Below are positions 9,230 through 18,148 of a stretch of DNA of 31,860 nucleotides, piece after piece. Source of the stretch: a virus (lineage: Duplodnaviria; Heunggongvirae; Uroviricota; Caudoviricetes). Each line of letters starts with the position of its first letter. The first letter of the stretch is position 1. The stretch lies in IMG/VR virus record IMGVR_UViG_2778261226_000007, one strand, 5' to 3'. The notes under the pieces are model-generated. The model was not told the origin of the DNA. It searched no databases and saw only the letters and a program-made list of their open reading frames with translations. A program made the position numbers and the translations under genes.

Positions 9230-10448
9230 CTCCACTCTCCTTTTTCTTACCGTTGTCATCGCCAGCAGAGGGACTGGTGGTCATGTTCATCGGTGTCAGA
9301 TACACATCACCACCCGGTCTGGGATTCATATCTTCCAGATCACGGCAGTCATTAGGGGAATAAATCCCCCAGTTGATCCCCGTGGCATACGCTTCAAAGC
9401 GGGATTTCATGTCGCCACGCAACAATGCTCCGGCATTAAATTTGGCGTAAAACTTCCCCTGCTTGCTCTCCCTGACCAGCCCTGTATTGATCCGTTGCTC
9501 AATACGGGTCAGATACGGCACAAGGGAATAGTTAATGAAACCAAGCCCCAGCTCTTCAATATTGTTGAAGGTGGCGCGATCGGTGTTCTGCACCATATGC
9601 AGCGGCACGCGGAACAGGCGACAGATTTCTTCCAGCTGAAACTTACGGGTTTCCAGGAACTGGCTGTCCTCGGCATTCAGTGCCACCGTTTTCCAGTCCA
9701 GCCCCATTTCCAGAATCATCGGACGATGAGAATTTCCCAGCCCGACATGCCGTTCCTCAAAATCCTTTTTGATACGCGCATAAGCCTGATCAGAAAGTTG
9801 TTGATCCGTACGCAACACACCGGATGTCACTGCACCGTTGCCAAACAACCTGGCACCGTGCTCCTCGGTTGCCGCTGCCAGTGAAATGGCCTCACGCGCA
9901 TACGCAATGGGATTCAGCCCGACCAGTCCGTCCAGCGTCAGAGTACGCACATGCCAGATTTCATCCTGAGTCAGCACATCCACAGAACCATCCGGAAATG
10001 TCACCTGATAAACCGGCTGCCACTGACAGTTCAGCTTCGGCTCCACACATCCCGGATCTATAGGAAGAAGCTCCACCACTTCTCCCAGCGCCTTCACCTT
10101 GTAAGCGTAAAAATTACCCCGCAGACACAGGCAGACGATAACCAGCTCCCAGAATTCCTGCGGTGTCATGTAGCCATTGGGTTTTGCCGAAATCAGCTTA
10201 TGCAGTCGTTCATCCACTGCCCGTGTTTTAAGAGTGCCGGTGATTTTGTAGAGGCTGCAGGGCAGCATACCAACAGACTCCGCCAGCACCCTGACGCAGG
10301 AATACACCGCCGTCAGCCGCATGGCCCGCTGACTGCTGATCCGCTTTCCGGTATAGGTGTCGTATGACAACCCAAGTTCTTCCGCAAGCATCCCGGGCGT
10401 TGTGACGGGGGTATTATTTTTACGTTGAAAAAGCCCCTGGAAAAACAT
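9207..10448 (-). CDS. Portal protein, HK97 family
   Basis: 413 aa, located between terminase and protease, with family-typical sequence. Confidence 0.9.
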   Translation of the reverse strand: MFFQGLFQRKNNTPVTTPGMLAEELGLSYDTYTGKRISSQRAMRLTAVYSCVRVLAESVGMLPCSLYKITGTLKTRAVDERLHKLISAKPNGYMTPQEFWELVIVCLCLRGNFYAYKVKALGEVVELLPIDPGCVEPKLNCQWQPVYQVTFPDGSVDVLTQDEIWHVRTLTLDGLVGLNPIAYAREAISLAAATEEHGARLFGNGAVTSGVLRTDQQLSDQAYARIKKDFEERHVGLGNSHRPMILEMGLDWKTVALNAEDSQFLETRKFQLEEICRLFRVPLHMVQNTDRATFNNIEELGLGFINYSLVPYLTRIEQRINTGLVRESKQGKFYAKFNAGALLRGDMKSRFEAYATGINWGIYSPNDCRDLEDMNPRPGGDVYLTPMNMTTSPSAGDDNGKKKESGDADKTAS

Positions 10449-10630
10449 TACTCACCTCCGGAGGCGACCCGGTGACCACGATCGAGATAACGCGCAACCA
10501 GCCACGACCAGCACAGGCACAGCCCCCCGGCAACAACAAAACCTGCCGGGGGATAAATCAGCCATGTGCCATACGACAGCAAAAGCGCCCCCAGCACGCC
10601 CACCAGTGGCGTGAGAATTATCAGAAACAT
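10448..10630 (-). CDS. Small 2-TM membrane protein
   Basis: 60-aa hydrophobic ORF filling the TerL-portal gap, with an ATGA-type overlap with the portal start. Confidence 0.45.
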   Translation of the reverse strand: MFLIILTPLVGVLGALLLSYGTWLIYPPAGFVVAGGLCLCWSWLVARYLDRGHRVASGGE

Positions 10631-10641
10631 AATGACCTCGG

Positions 10642-12399
10642 TTAAAGCGAGCGGATACCAACGCTGACCAGATGCTCAGACAGATCCGGCTCCGGTTCAC
10701 CGCCATTGACCAGCATCCGGCTCATTGCTGTAAACATCGCAACAGGACCGTCGATTTTGGCTTCCAGCGTGGATTTATTCGGGAAGATATTGTCGTTTTT
10801 GTCCGGTTTTACCGTAACGTTAGACATCATCCAGTTCATGACCGGATGATTGCTGTGATGGAAACGCCCGGCATAGACCAGTGATTCCGTTTCCTTCATG
10901 GCCTCTGACAGATTGCGAACCGTCTGCGGAACCTCCACCAGCGGTATCCCTTCTTCAGCCAGTGCCAGGCTGAACTGCATCGCGCTCCACGGGTCAAATC
11001 CCAGTTCCCTGAGGTTTTCACCACCAATCCATTCCAGTAAGTCACTTTTTATCTGAGCATGATCGATAACATCACCATCCGTCAGAATCAGCTTATCCAT
11101 CTCCGCCCACTTCCGGTAAAGTTCTGCCTGCTGCCGCGAGCATCGTTCCAGCCGTCCTTCCGGAAGCCAGAATTTAAAATCGGCATGAACATGCCCGTTA
11201 TCCGTTCGCCAGAGTTTTGCCGCCGCACAGATATCAATCTTATGAGCAAGGTCAACGCCGACCCACATGGGATACGTTTTCAGCTCATGTCGTGGGGCAA
11301 TGTATTCGCACTTCTCCCACTTAATCATGTCCATCCAGGCAGACTCTGCTGTTACCCACACATTCATGTGTTTGGTAAAAAAATTCACCCGTGCAGAGAC
11401 CTGTTCTTTCGCTTTTTTCGCCAAGCGACGCAGATCATCCCAGCGTTTACAGATGCCCAGGCCGGGATTCGCTTTCTGCCAGACCGTTTCATCAAACGGA
11501 TCATCTCCCTCATCGAGGGTGTAAATAATCGCAAAGTAGGAGTCGTCTTTTACCGCGCCCTCCACGTCGCTGTTATAGCCACGCAATACCTTGATGGCGT
11601 AATCACGCTGCTCGTAACAAATCCCTTCCTTGTTAAACCCTGCCGTGGTGATACCAAATAAAAGGGACTGCAGACGAGCACCGGTTGCCGTTTCCAGAAC
11701 GTCCCACACGTCACGGGTTTTATGTGCATGCAGCTCATCAATAATGGCGCAGTGGATGTTCAGACCATCCAGGTTGTTTGCATCCGAAGAAAGCGGTTCA
11801 AATTTTGATGCGCTCTGCTCCTGGTAAATCGCCAGCTTGTTGAAATCAAACAACCGCCCGAGTGTCGACCGGGCTTTTCTGACCATATTTTTGGCGTCTT
11901 CAAACACGATTCTGGCCTGGTCACGCGTGGTTGCGGCTGAATACACCTCAGCTCCGCCTTCACCATCTGCCCCCGTCATATACAGGCCGATACCCGATGA
12001 CAGAGTTGATTTTGCGTTTTTACGGGCGACTTCGTTGTACGCCGTCCGGAACCGGCGCACCATCACCGGACGTCCGCTGCCATCGCTGCGCATGACAACT
12101 TCCCCGGTCTCTTCATTGACCAGCGGAATGACAAAACCAAAAATATTAATGAGGATAAATACATGCCAGTCCATCAACTCAATGGGCTGGCCTGCCAGCG
12201 CCCCTTTTACATGAGGCACAAATTTGTAGAAATTCAGGATGTGCTGCGCACGGGGTTCACTGAAATAAATCCCCCGCTCTTCGCCGTACTTCAGATCATC
12301 AAGAAAACGCTGGCAGGCCAGGCGGACAAATTCGCCAGCAACAATTTCTCCTGCAACAACACGTTCGGCGTAGCGGATCCCGTCAGCCACTTTTGCCAT
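10642..12399 (-). CDS. Terminase large subunit
   Basis: 585 aa with ATPase and nuclease regions. Lies directly after the P27-type small subunit. Confidence 0.92.
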   Translation of the reverse strand: MAKVADGIRYAERVVAGEIVAGEFVRLACQRFLDDLKYGEERGIYFSEPRAQHILNFYKFVPHVKGALAGQPIELMDWHVFILINIFGFVIPLVNEETGEVVMRSDGSGRPVMVRRFRTAYNEVARKNAKSTLSSGIGLYMTGADGEGGAEVYSAATTRDQARIVFEDAKNMVRKARSTLGRLFDFNKLAIYQEQSASKFEPLSSDANNLDGLNIHCAIIDELHAHKTRDVWDVLETATGARLQSLLFGITTAGFNKEGICYEQRDYAIKVLRGYNSDVEGAVKDDSYFAIIYTLDEGDDPFDETVWQKANPGLGICKRWDDLRRLAKKAKEQVSARVNFFTKHMNVWVTAESAWMDMIKWEKCEYIAPRHELKTYPMWVGVDLAHKIDICAAAKLWRTDNGHVHADFKFWLPEGRLERCSRQQAELYRKWAEMDKLILTDGDVIDHAQIKSDLLEWIGGENLRELGFDPWSAMQFSLALAEEGIPLVEVPQTVRNLSEAMKETESLVYAGRFHHSNHPVMNWMMSNVTVKPDKNDNIFPNKSTLEAKIDGPVAMFTAMSRMLVNGGEPEPDLSEHLVSVGIRSL

Positions 12400-12881
12400 C
12401 AGTCTCTCGCTTTTAAAAGCTCCGCCAGCGGATCAACATCATCCGGTCCGGCGATATTTACTTTAGCCCGGCTTGCCGGTGACATACCAAACTCTGCAAG
12501 CATTGCCCGGATCCGCTTCCAGGCATCCGCTTTCATTGCCGCCGCGGGGTGCGCCTTAATCAGTACATCACCGCTCTGCGTTTCCGTGCGGTAAGTATAC
12601 CCCTCAACATCGAGTGTTTCGCAGTGATGCCGATATTCGGTGTAGGCTTCCACCAGCAACTCGAGCGCACGTGCATCAAGCTGAGAAATGATCCCTTCCG
12701 CATTCAGCTCTTCCGCCATTCGCCTGAACCAGTACTTCCCCTGAGCCCCTAAATGCTGCGGAATTTTAGGAAGACCTTTTTCATCCTTTTTAGCGGTTTT
12801 TTTGTGGTCTTTAACGGGACGCTTTGAGGGGTTGCCTCGTATCAAATGCAGGCGTGGCGGGGTTTTCGGAGGTCCTGACAT
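12399..12881 (-). CDS. Terminase small subunit, P27 family
   Basis: Basic N-terminus followed by ...ARALELLVEAYTEYRHHCETL...AAAMKADAWKRIRAMLAEFGMSPASRAKV, typical of the family. Confidence 0.85.
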   Translation of the reverse strand: MSGPPKTPPRLHLIRGNPSKRPVKDHKKTAKKDEKGLPKIPQHLGAQGKYWFRRMAEELNAEGIISQLDARALELLVEAYTEYRHHCETLDVEGYTYRTETQSGDVLIKAHPAAAMKADAWKRIRAMLAEFGMSPASRAKVNIAGPDDVDPLAELLKARD

Positions 12882-13029
12882 AATCGGTCTTACCTATCAA
12901 TCGTTTGTTCACATTTCCAAAAAAAAGTTTTCGAACCTGCGGCGATGTGAGGAAGGGTCAGGCGGCGGTACTGAGCAGCCAGGGTTGCAGAGATTTGACC
13001 CGCCCCTCCCTTACAGATGAGAACGATTA

Positions 13030-13380
13030 TCAGTTGATGCGTTCACGCGCTGTTTTCTCTTTGTGGCAGGGCCAGCACAGACTCTGCAGGTTGCTGTTTG
13101 CGTCTGTTCCGCCATGCGCTTTCGGGATGATGTGGTCGACAGTTTTCGCCTCGCTCACCACACCGACACGCAGACACAACTGACACAGACCTTTATCGCG
13201 CTTCAGAATACGGGCACGAATCACCGTCCATTTTGAGCCATAGCCACGCTGGTGGCGGCTCAGTCCGCGCTGGTGCTGCACCCAGCCTTCACCGCGATGC
13301 TTATCGCAGTAACCCGAACTGTCTGTTGTTGTGCCTGCACATCCACGCTTACGACAGGCGCGGGGTATTCGTGATGGCAT
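13030..13380 (-). CDS. HNH endonuclease (packaging-associated)
   Basis: Cys-rich, with DHIIPKAHGGTD...NLQSLCWPCHKEKT. Adjacent to the terminase, as in HK97-like phages. Confidence 0.9.
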   Translation of the reverse strand: MPSRIPRACRKRGCAGTTTDSSGYCDKHRGEGWVQHQRGLSRHQRGYGSKWTVIRARILKRDKGLCQLCLRVGVVSEAKTVDHIIPKAHGGTDANSNLQSLCWPCHKEKTARERIN

Positions 13381-13441
13381 TGGAATCTCCTTAATACCGG
13401 CATTATCGCAGCCCCTCGCTGAAGGGCTGCTGTAATGCCTG

Positions 13442-13744
13442 TTACTCAGTAACGACTGCGCCTTCCGGTAATTTCATACCTGCAAATACCGGACAACCAG
13501 GATGACGAGCATCTTCTGTTGCTTCCAGCATTGACTCACCAAACCACTCCGTCGTGGCGCGACCATCAGCAGCTTTGTAGTGGAGTAAGTACTGGTTTTC
13601 GCCATCCGCATACTGCGCGCGGGCTTTAACCTCACCCCATTCATCACTGATGCGCATCTCCACCAGTTGAGACAACTCAAACTTAAACGGAACAGCAGCG
13701 GCACCAATTGCAACCGGTTTGTTTTCTGTTTTTTCCATCATCAT
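13442..13744 (-). CDS. Hypothetical protein
   Basis: 100-aa ORF in the operon orientation, preceded by a terminator. No family recognised. Confidence 0.55.
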   Translation of the reverse strand: MMMEKTENKPVAIGAAAVPFKFELSQLVEMRISDEWGEVKARAQYADGENQYLLHYKAADGRATTEWFGESMLEATEDARHPGCPVFAGMKLPEGAVVTE

Positions 13745-13754
13745 CTCCAGATAT

Positions 13755-13778
13755 AAAAAAGCCCCGCATTTGCGGGGC
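13755..13778 (-). terminator. Intrinsic terminator
   Basis: Minus strand: GCCCCGC, loop AAAT, GCGGGGC, followed by T6. Confidence 0.65.
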
Positions 13779-13800
13779 TACAAACAGGCATCACAGCCAG

Positions 13801-14016
13801 TTAGCTAAGTCCGACAGACATAAAATCATCACTACCTAAACGATGGGAACCATAACGAACTTCATACTCCCCATTCAATTCAGAGCGTTTAGACTTTGCG
13901 CCATCCTCCGTTGCATAAATGCCGACCAGATGCCAGGGTTTGTCACGTACTACAGCCCAACCAAGAACCCATCCCTGATTATCAGGATCAGCCTTCAGGT
14001 TATTTTCTACAAACAT
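13801..14016 (-). CDS. Hypothetical protein
   Basis: Start at MFVENNLK with AAGGAG upstream. 71 aa. Confidence 0.5.
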   Translation of the reverse strand: MFVENNLKADPDNQGWVLGWAVVRDKPWHLVGIYATEDGAKSKRSELNGEYEVRYGSHRLGSDDFMSVGLS

Positions 14017-14056
14017 AGTGTTCTCCTTTTGGGTACCCAGAGACATTCTATGTCAT

Positions 14057-14281
14057 TCATGAAACAGGCAACAACGTGGCCGTTACAATCCCCGCCATAT
14101 TTGCGTTCAGATCACATTCAACAGAAATTTCTTCATCCGTGGCATCCACTTCATATGTCCGGGAATAACACTCCGTGCATTTACCACTGAAGATATCCTT
14201 AACCAGAACACGTCCACGCTGCAAAACCCTGAATGGAATCGTTCCGTTAAAGGGCTTTACGGTTACCAGTAATCTCTTCAT
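14057..14281 (-). CDS. Hypothetical protein
   Basis: Start at MKRLLVTVKPF with GGAGGGG upstream. 74 aa. Confidence 0.5.
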   Translation of the reverse strand: MKRLLVTVKPFNGTIPFRVLQRGRVLVKDIFSGKCTECYSRTYEVDATDEEISVECDLNANMAGIVTATLLPVS

Positions 14282-14454
14282 ATCCCCTCCGGATAAAAAT
14301 GCCCCTTGCCGCCCGGGCTGTTGTTCAAAGTTCATCCTGATTCGGCAAGATTCAGAATGTATAAGACAAATTGGCACACACAGCAGAATTTCATGCTTTC
14401 TGGACGCTGGCGCATCCTTCATTTTTCAGCGAAATATTCTGCTCTTACGGGCGA

Positions 14455-14637
14455 TCAGCTCTGCAGACACTGTCGAACACCGTCGACAATTTCGCAGACC
14501 TGAGAAGCCGTATCGAAAAGCTGGCGCGCCTTATCCAGGCTGACGCACCCCACCAATAAAAAAGGCACCAGTATCGCTACCAGTGCCCATTTTGCCGCCG
14601 CTCGCGGCATTCTGTGTGTCCGGTGTTTTCGGCTCAT
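14455..14637 (-). CDS. Small lipoprotein
   Basis: Signal peptide KWALVAILVPFLLVGC with lipobox LVGC and Val at +2. 60 aa. Confidence 0.6.
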   Translation of the reverse strand: MSRKHRTHRMPRAAAKWALVAILVPFLLVGCVSLDKARQLFDTASQVCEIVDGVRQCLQS

Positions 14638-14638
14638 A

Positions 14639-14752
14639 TCACCACCAACGCACAGCCCAAATCAGAACAGCGACCGCCACAAGGCGAATTGCAAAGGCCG
14701 CAGCCCTTGTCAAATCAAGGCTCGCGGGAGTTTCCACTTCAATACCTTTCAT
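14639..14752 (-). CDS. 37-aa membrane peptide (not in ORF track)
   Basis: My translation is MKGIEVETPASLDLTRAAAFAIRLVAVAVLIWAVRWW. GAGG lies 9 nt upstream. The stop abuts the lipoprotein start (TGATATG). Confidence 0.35.
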   Translation of the reverse strand: MKGIEVETPASLDLTRAAAFAIRLVAVAVLIWAVRWW

Positions 14753-14836
14753 AATGGACAACCTCAAAAAGAATCTTTTATACTTTCCCACGAGGATTTT
14801 CTCCGTACTCACTACTCACAATTTCCTCTTTGACGT

Positions 14837-14873
14837 GAAAACTAAAAACCCCGGACTGTTCCAGCAGCTGGGG
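14837..14873 (-). terminator. Intrinsic terminator, bidirectional in shape
   Basis: CCCCAG...CCGGGG stem followed by TTTTTAGTTTT on the minus strand. A T-run also follows on the plus strand. Confidence 0.5.
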
Positions 14874-14884
14874 TTTTGTTTTTT

Positions 14885-15166
14885 TTATTTACTGGTATGA
14901 GTACGGCATTTAGCTATTTCATCCCGGGCTTTACTGTCTCCGCGACAGATACAACGAACCGTGTCACCCGCCAGCGTGGTGATGTAGGCTTCATCCGTTT
15001 TTTCCACCGAAATGCATGGTACATTGCCATCCCGGCAATACTCCACTTGGGCAGCAAGGTGAGTGTTGCGCGGGTAAAATTCCAGGCGATACATATTCCC
15101 CAGAACATGCACTTCTTCAACCTGACGCCCATCTTCCATTACCGTGATTTTTTTCAGTGCGTACAT
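14885..15166 (-). CDS. Hypothetical protein downstream of the endolysin
   Basis: Start at MYALKKITV with GGAGG 6 nt upstream. 93 aa, soluble-looking, with no TM segment or lipobox. Confidence 0.5.
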   Translation of the reverse strand: MYALKKITVMEDGRQVEEVHVLGNMYRLEFYPRNTHLAAQVEYCRDGNVPCISVEKTDEAYITTLAGDTVRCICRGDSKARDEIAKCRTHTSK

Positions 15167-15197
15167 ACGTACCTCCGTTCTTTCGTTTTTTGAGCAA

Positions 15198-15220
15198 TAA
15201 AAAAGCCGCTCATGGCGGCC
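15198..15220 (-). terminator. Weak intrinsic terminator
   Basis: Minus strand: GCCGC, loop CATGA, GCGGC, followed by T6. Confidence 0.45.
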
Positions 15221-15236
15221 CTGTATGTTCTGCAAG

Positions 15237-15620
15237 CTATCGTTTCAACTGAAAGTGAGGCCCATCCTTTAATGACCGCCACTCACCGCCCCATTCGATG
15301 GGGGTATTCAGCTCTTTCGCTGCCTGCTTAAATGCCTGCGCGATTTTCTCGTACAGAGGCCAGTCCCATGACACCTGGCTGCCAACCCAGGCAACAACAT
15401 CCACCGCATCACCGGTCAGGTGGCGGCTGTTCATGGTCTGGCTTTTCCCTTCCGCGACCAGCTGTTTCTGGCGTTCTTTCGTGCGCAGCCCTTCCGTAAT
15501 ACCGAAATCAACCTCCGTCAGCTCCAGCGCACGGCGAACGACAGCAACCAGCTGTGGTTTAACGCCCTCCAGATTCTTTTCGCTGCGACGACTGAATCTG
15601 AATTTACCCGACATATTCAC
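15237..15620 (-). CDS. Endolysin, peptidase M15 (L-alanyl-D-glutamate endopeptidase type)
   Basis: SRHLTGDAVD and DGPHFQL give the His/Asp/His zinc-ligand pattern. Follows the holins. Confidence 0.85.
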   Translation of the reverse strand: MNMSGKFRFSRRSEKNLEGVKPQLVAVVRRALELTEVDFGITEGLRTKERQKQLVAEGKSQTMNSRHLTGDAVDVVAWVGSQVSWDWPLYEKIAQAFKQAAKELNTPIEWGGEWRSLKDGPHFQLKR

Positions 15621-15892
15621 CTCAACAATGGAAAGATTTTTGTGACGTTCCCGCGTGCGCGTATCACCAGCACGCAGAACAGCAGGTTAAAAAACACTTC
15701 CAGCCAGCCCGTTGCTAACGGGCGACCACACAGATAGCTGAGGGGCGCAAAGGCATACAGCAGCATCAGCAACCAGGCCAGCCATGACATCAGCGGTTTA
15801 TGTCTGGAATCACGACGACGATAAAAAAAGAGCGTCAGCACGATAACCGTGCATAACGCCACATTCAGCAATCCGGGAAGGTTACTTAACAT
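15617..15892 (-). CDS. Putative 3-TM holin
   Basis: Start at MLSNLPGLLNV with GGAGGAGG upstream. Has three hydrophobic segments and a basic C-terminus. Overlaps its neighbours. Confidence 0.65.
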   Translation of the reverse strand: MLSNLPGLLNVALCTVIVLTLFFYRRRDSRHKPLMSWLAWLLMLLYAFAPLSYLCGRPLATGWLEVFFNLLFCVLVIRARGNVTKIFPLLR

Positions 15893-16274
15893 TGCCGCCT
15901 CCTCCACCCCGCAGGCGGGAGAACAGGCCGGACACCAGCGATGCAATATCCTGCTGGTGGATGAACGAGAGAATCTTCACCGACACCACGGCCACCAGCA
16001 CCGCACACAGTGCATCCGCCGATGTACCGTCATAACCTGTTTTTGATGCAATCCAGGCTGACAGCACATGCGCACCCAGCACGCCAACGATAAACGACAC
16101 CAGAAAATGCGCCGCCACACGCCAGGCTGAAAGCGCCTGCGGCATCGTTGCCACAAATAACGCCCCAGCGAACGCCCCAAACACAATCCCGAAATCCGTT
16201 CCGGTAAACAGCCCGAATACCGTCGCCCCGCCGAGCGCCGCAGCCGTACCGGAACCGGACAAGGGTTCAGACAT
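15882..16274 (-). CDS. Holin-like / holin-accessory membrane protein
   Basis: Start at MSEPLSGSG with AGGAGA upstream. Gly/Ala-rich TM segments. First gene of the lysis cassette. Confidence 0.55.
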   Translation of the reverse strand: MSEPLSGSGTAAALGGATVFGLFTGTDFGIVFGAFAGALFVATMPQALSAWRVAAHFLVSFIVGVLGAHVLSAWIASKTGYDGTSADALCAVLVAVVSVKILSFIHQQDIASLVSGLFSRLRGGGGGNVK

Positions 16275-16292
16275 ACTTTTTCTCCTGTAAAT

Positions 16293-16316
16293 AAAAAAGG
16301 GCCACTGTCGGCCCGT
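16293..16316 (-). terminator. Intrinsic terminator just upstream of the lysis cassette
   Basis: Minus strand: GGGCC, loop GACAGT, GGCCC, followed by T6. Confidence 0.6.
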
Positions 16317-16404
16317 AAAAAAACAACACCCCGTCAAAGGCACCCGCAGATACCTTTTGTGTGGTGTTATCTGATGTGATGTGCGCCGGACGTGGCGCGG
16401 ATAT

Positions 16405-16429
16405 AAAAAAGGCCCGCCGCAGCGAGCCT
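16405..16429 (-). terminator. Intrinsic terminator after the AraC-family gene
   Basis: Minus strand: AGGCTCGCTGCGGCGGGCC imperfect hairpin followed by T6. Confidence 0.5.
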
Positions 16430-16453
16430 GTTTTCAATGAGTGCAAAATTCAA

Positions 16454-17197
16454 TTATTCTTGAGTAACACTTAAACTCATCTCATTGAATGCAGCCATCC
16501 TGTAACCTGCCGGTGTAACACCAAAATAACTCCTGAATACGCTGATAAAATAAGATGTAAAATTATAGCCACACTGAGCAGCGATTCTGTTGATGGCGCA
16601 ACGAGATTGATTCAACAGCATTGCTGCCATTCTCATTCTCTCTGTAAGCAACAACTCACTGAAACAGGTGCCTTCTTCTTTCAGTCTTTTTTTTAACAAA
16701 CTTTCACTGATACATAACCGCGAAGACACATCTCTCAGAGTCCAGTTTGCTGCAATGTCCGTACGAAACAATGCACTAAGCCTGTCACTAATATTGCCAA
16801 TACACGCGGTCAGAAACGACGAAAACATTTTCTCTGATGAGAAAAACGCCAGACACGAAAAGGAAAGCATTTCCGCTAAATTGTCCGTATGAATCTTTTC
16901 CTCACAAAGATAATCAATCAGGATGCCCATCAATTCTGCCTTGGGAAAACTCACGCAAAGATATCGTGGTATTTGCCGGACTAAAACTACATCCTGTTTT
17001 TCGTCTCCACACAACAGGTAACGGATAATTGTCGATTCACTGAGACTTATTCGCCGAAAACATTCCGAAAAGGGCAATAACGATCCAGCTCCCCCCCTGA
17101 CAAGAAGTGCACTACCACTTTCCAGAGAGAGCTCTTTTCCTTCAAAGAGCACAACAAACGGGGAATGAACAAAAACAACAGAACAAGCTTCATTCAT
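16454..17197 (-). CDS. AraC/XylS-family transcriptional regulator (moron)
   Basis: C-terminal double HTH (WTLRDVSSRLCISESLLKKRLKEEG...INRIAAQCGYNFTSYFISVFRSYFGVTPAGYR). AT-rich relative to its flanks. The first ATG is M21 of the track ORF, whose own start is TTG. Confidence 0.85.
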   Translation of the reverse strand: MNEACSVVFVHSPFVVLFEGKELSLESGSALLVRGGAGSLLPFSECFRRISLSESTIIRYLLCGDEKQDVVLVRQIPRYLCVSFPKAELMGILIDYLCEEKIHTDNLAEMLSFSCLAFFSSEKMFSSFLTACIGNISDRLSALFRTDIAANWTLRDVSSRLCISESLLKKRLKEEGTCFSELLLTERMRMAAMLLNQSRCAINRIAAQCGYNFTSYFISVFRSYFGVTPAGYRMAAFNEMSLSVTQE

Positions 17198-17318
17198 ATC
17201 AATTGCCCTGACATTACTGGTCACAAGATAAGTATATATCGATTTACAAAAATACAAGCCGAAAGACCAGTATTCGCAACCACCAGCGCGTTTAACGTCC
17301 TGTACCGTTTTTCAGGCA

Positions 17319-17345
17319 TAAAAAAACCCGCTCAGTGGCGGGTTT
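17319..17345 (-). terminator. Intrinsic terminator after the ORF6N gene
   Basis: Minus strand: AAACCCGC, loop CACTGA, GCGGGTTT, followed by a T-run. Confidence 0.65.
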
Positions 17346-17420
17346 AAGCTGTTTGGCGTAGTAACCACTCTTAACAGGATATTCAACTTTTTACGATCGT
17401 AAAGCGTTCGGGGAAAATTT

Positions 17421-17909
17421 TTAAAACCGTTCCAGAGTGCATACCATCGCATCGGCGGGTAGTTTTTCCGTGAAGTCGACCTGACCGTGTTTATCGAAGT
17501 GGATCAGTAATGCGCATCCATCATTTTGGGTTGGGGTGTTTTGTGCTGCTGGTGGTTGTTTTTGGCTGAAATAACAGTCTTCCAGTTTTTCGAACACTTC
17601 CCACGCCTGATCGGTTTCCAGCATTTTGGCGTGACGGGCTGCTCCGCGTTCTGTCCAGAGGATGAGGTGCTTTGTACGCGGTGCAACTAAGTTACTTTGA
17701 GTAACCTTGTTCTTAAATTCCCGCAACTCAGCCCCTTCCAATTTGAAGTAGTGTTTCCCACAAACAAAACGCTCGGCATTGCGTGTATAGTTCACTTTGA
17801 TGTTATTAGTTTCGGTGCCATAAAGTTGTGCCAAAAGCTCGGTAGTAATGACAGGGATTTGGTTATGGGTGATCGGGGAAAGAGTTTCAACTGAGATTTG
17901 AATAGCCAT
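17421..17909 (-). CDS. ORF6N-domain (antirepressor/KilA-N-like) protein
   Basis: QIPVITTELLAQLYGT...NYTRNAERFVCGKHYFKLEG...LILWTERGAARHAK is paralogous to the N-terminal half of ORF 24402..25256. Confidence 0.8.
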   Translation of the reverse strand: MAIQISVETLSPITHNQIPVITTELLAQLYGTETNNIKVNYTRNAERFVCGKHYFKLEGAELREFKNKVTQSNLVAPRTKHLILWTERGAARHAKMLETDQAWEVFEKLEDCYFSQKQPPAAQNTPTQNDGCALLIHFDKHGQVDFTEKLPADAMVCTLERF

Positions 17910-17962
17910 AGGATGATCCTTTTTCTATGTGAATCATCACCACTGCTGACGCCAATCAGTAT

Positions 17963-18039
17963 GGTGGTGAACTGTGCAGGGTTGGCGTAACCGGGAAAAA
18001 GGAACCGGCGCGGATCGCTCCGCCCCCACACAGCCCACC
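17963..18039 (-). ncRNA. c4-like antisense RNA core, module C (77 nt)
   Basis: Closing stem GGTGG/CCACC plus CTGTG/CACAG. GNRA hairpin GCGGA-GCGA-TCCGC. A CCGG/CCGG hairpin carries b' (CCTTTTTC, 17995-18002) in its loop. a' is ACGCCAA (17982-17988). Targets: a2 TTGGCGT 17949-17955; b2 GAAAAAGGA 17918-17925 covering the SD of the ATG at 17909. Upstream copies: a1 18111-18117, b1 18096-18103. Confidence 0.7.
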
Positions 18040-18067
18040 ATTGAGATGTGACAGTGCAAACGACAAT

Positions 18068-18088
18068 AAAAAAGACGCTGGCGCGTCT
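18068..18088 (-). terminator. Hairpin plus T6 between b1 and the c4-like core (tR'-like position)
   Basis: Minus strand: AGACGC, loop GCCA, GCGTCT, followed by TTTTT. Confidence 0.6.
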
Positions 18089-18148
18089 GTTGTCGCCTTT
18101 TTCATCCGGGACGCCAATCCCGACGCCAGATTTTGCTGGCGCGTGAGG

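Noticed and set aside
10452-10706. 84-aa ORF overlapping the TerL end and the small membrane ORF
   Set aside because: It is an alternative frame over the same gap. The 60-aa hydrophobic ORF is better coupled to the portal start, and both cannot be supported.
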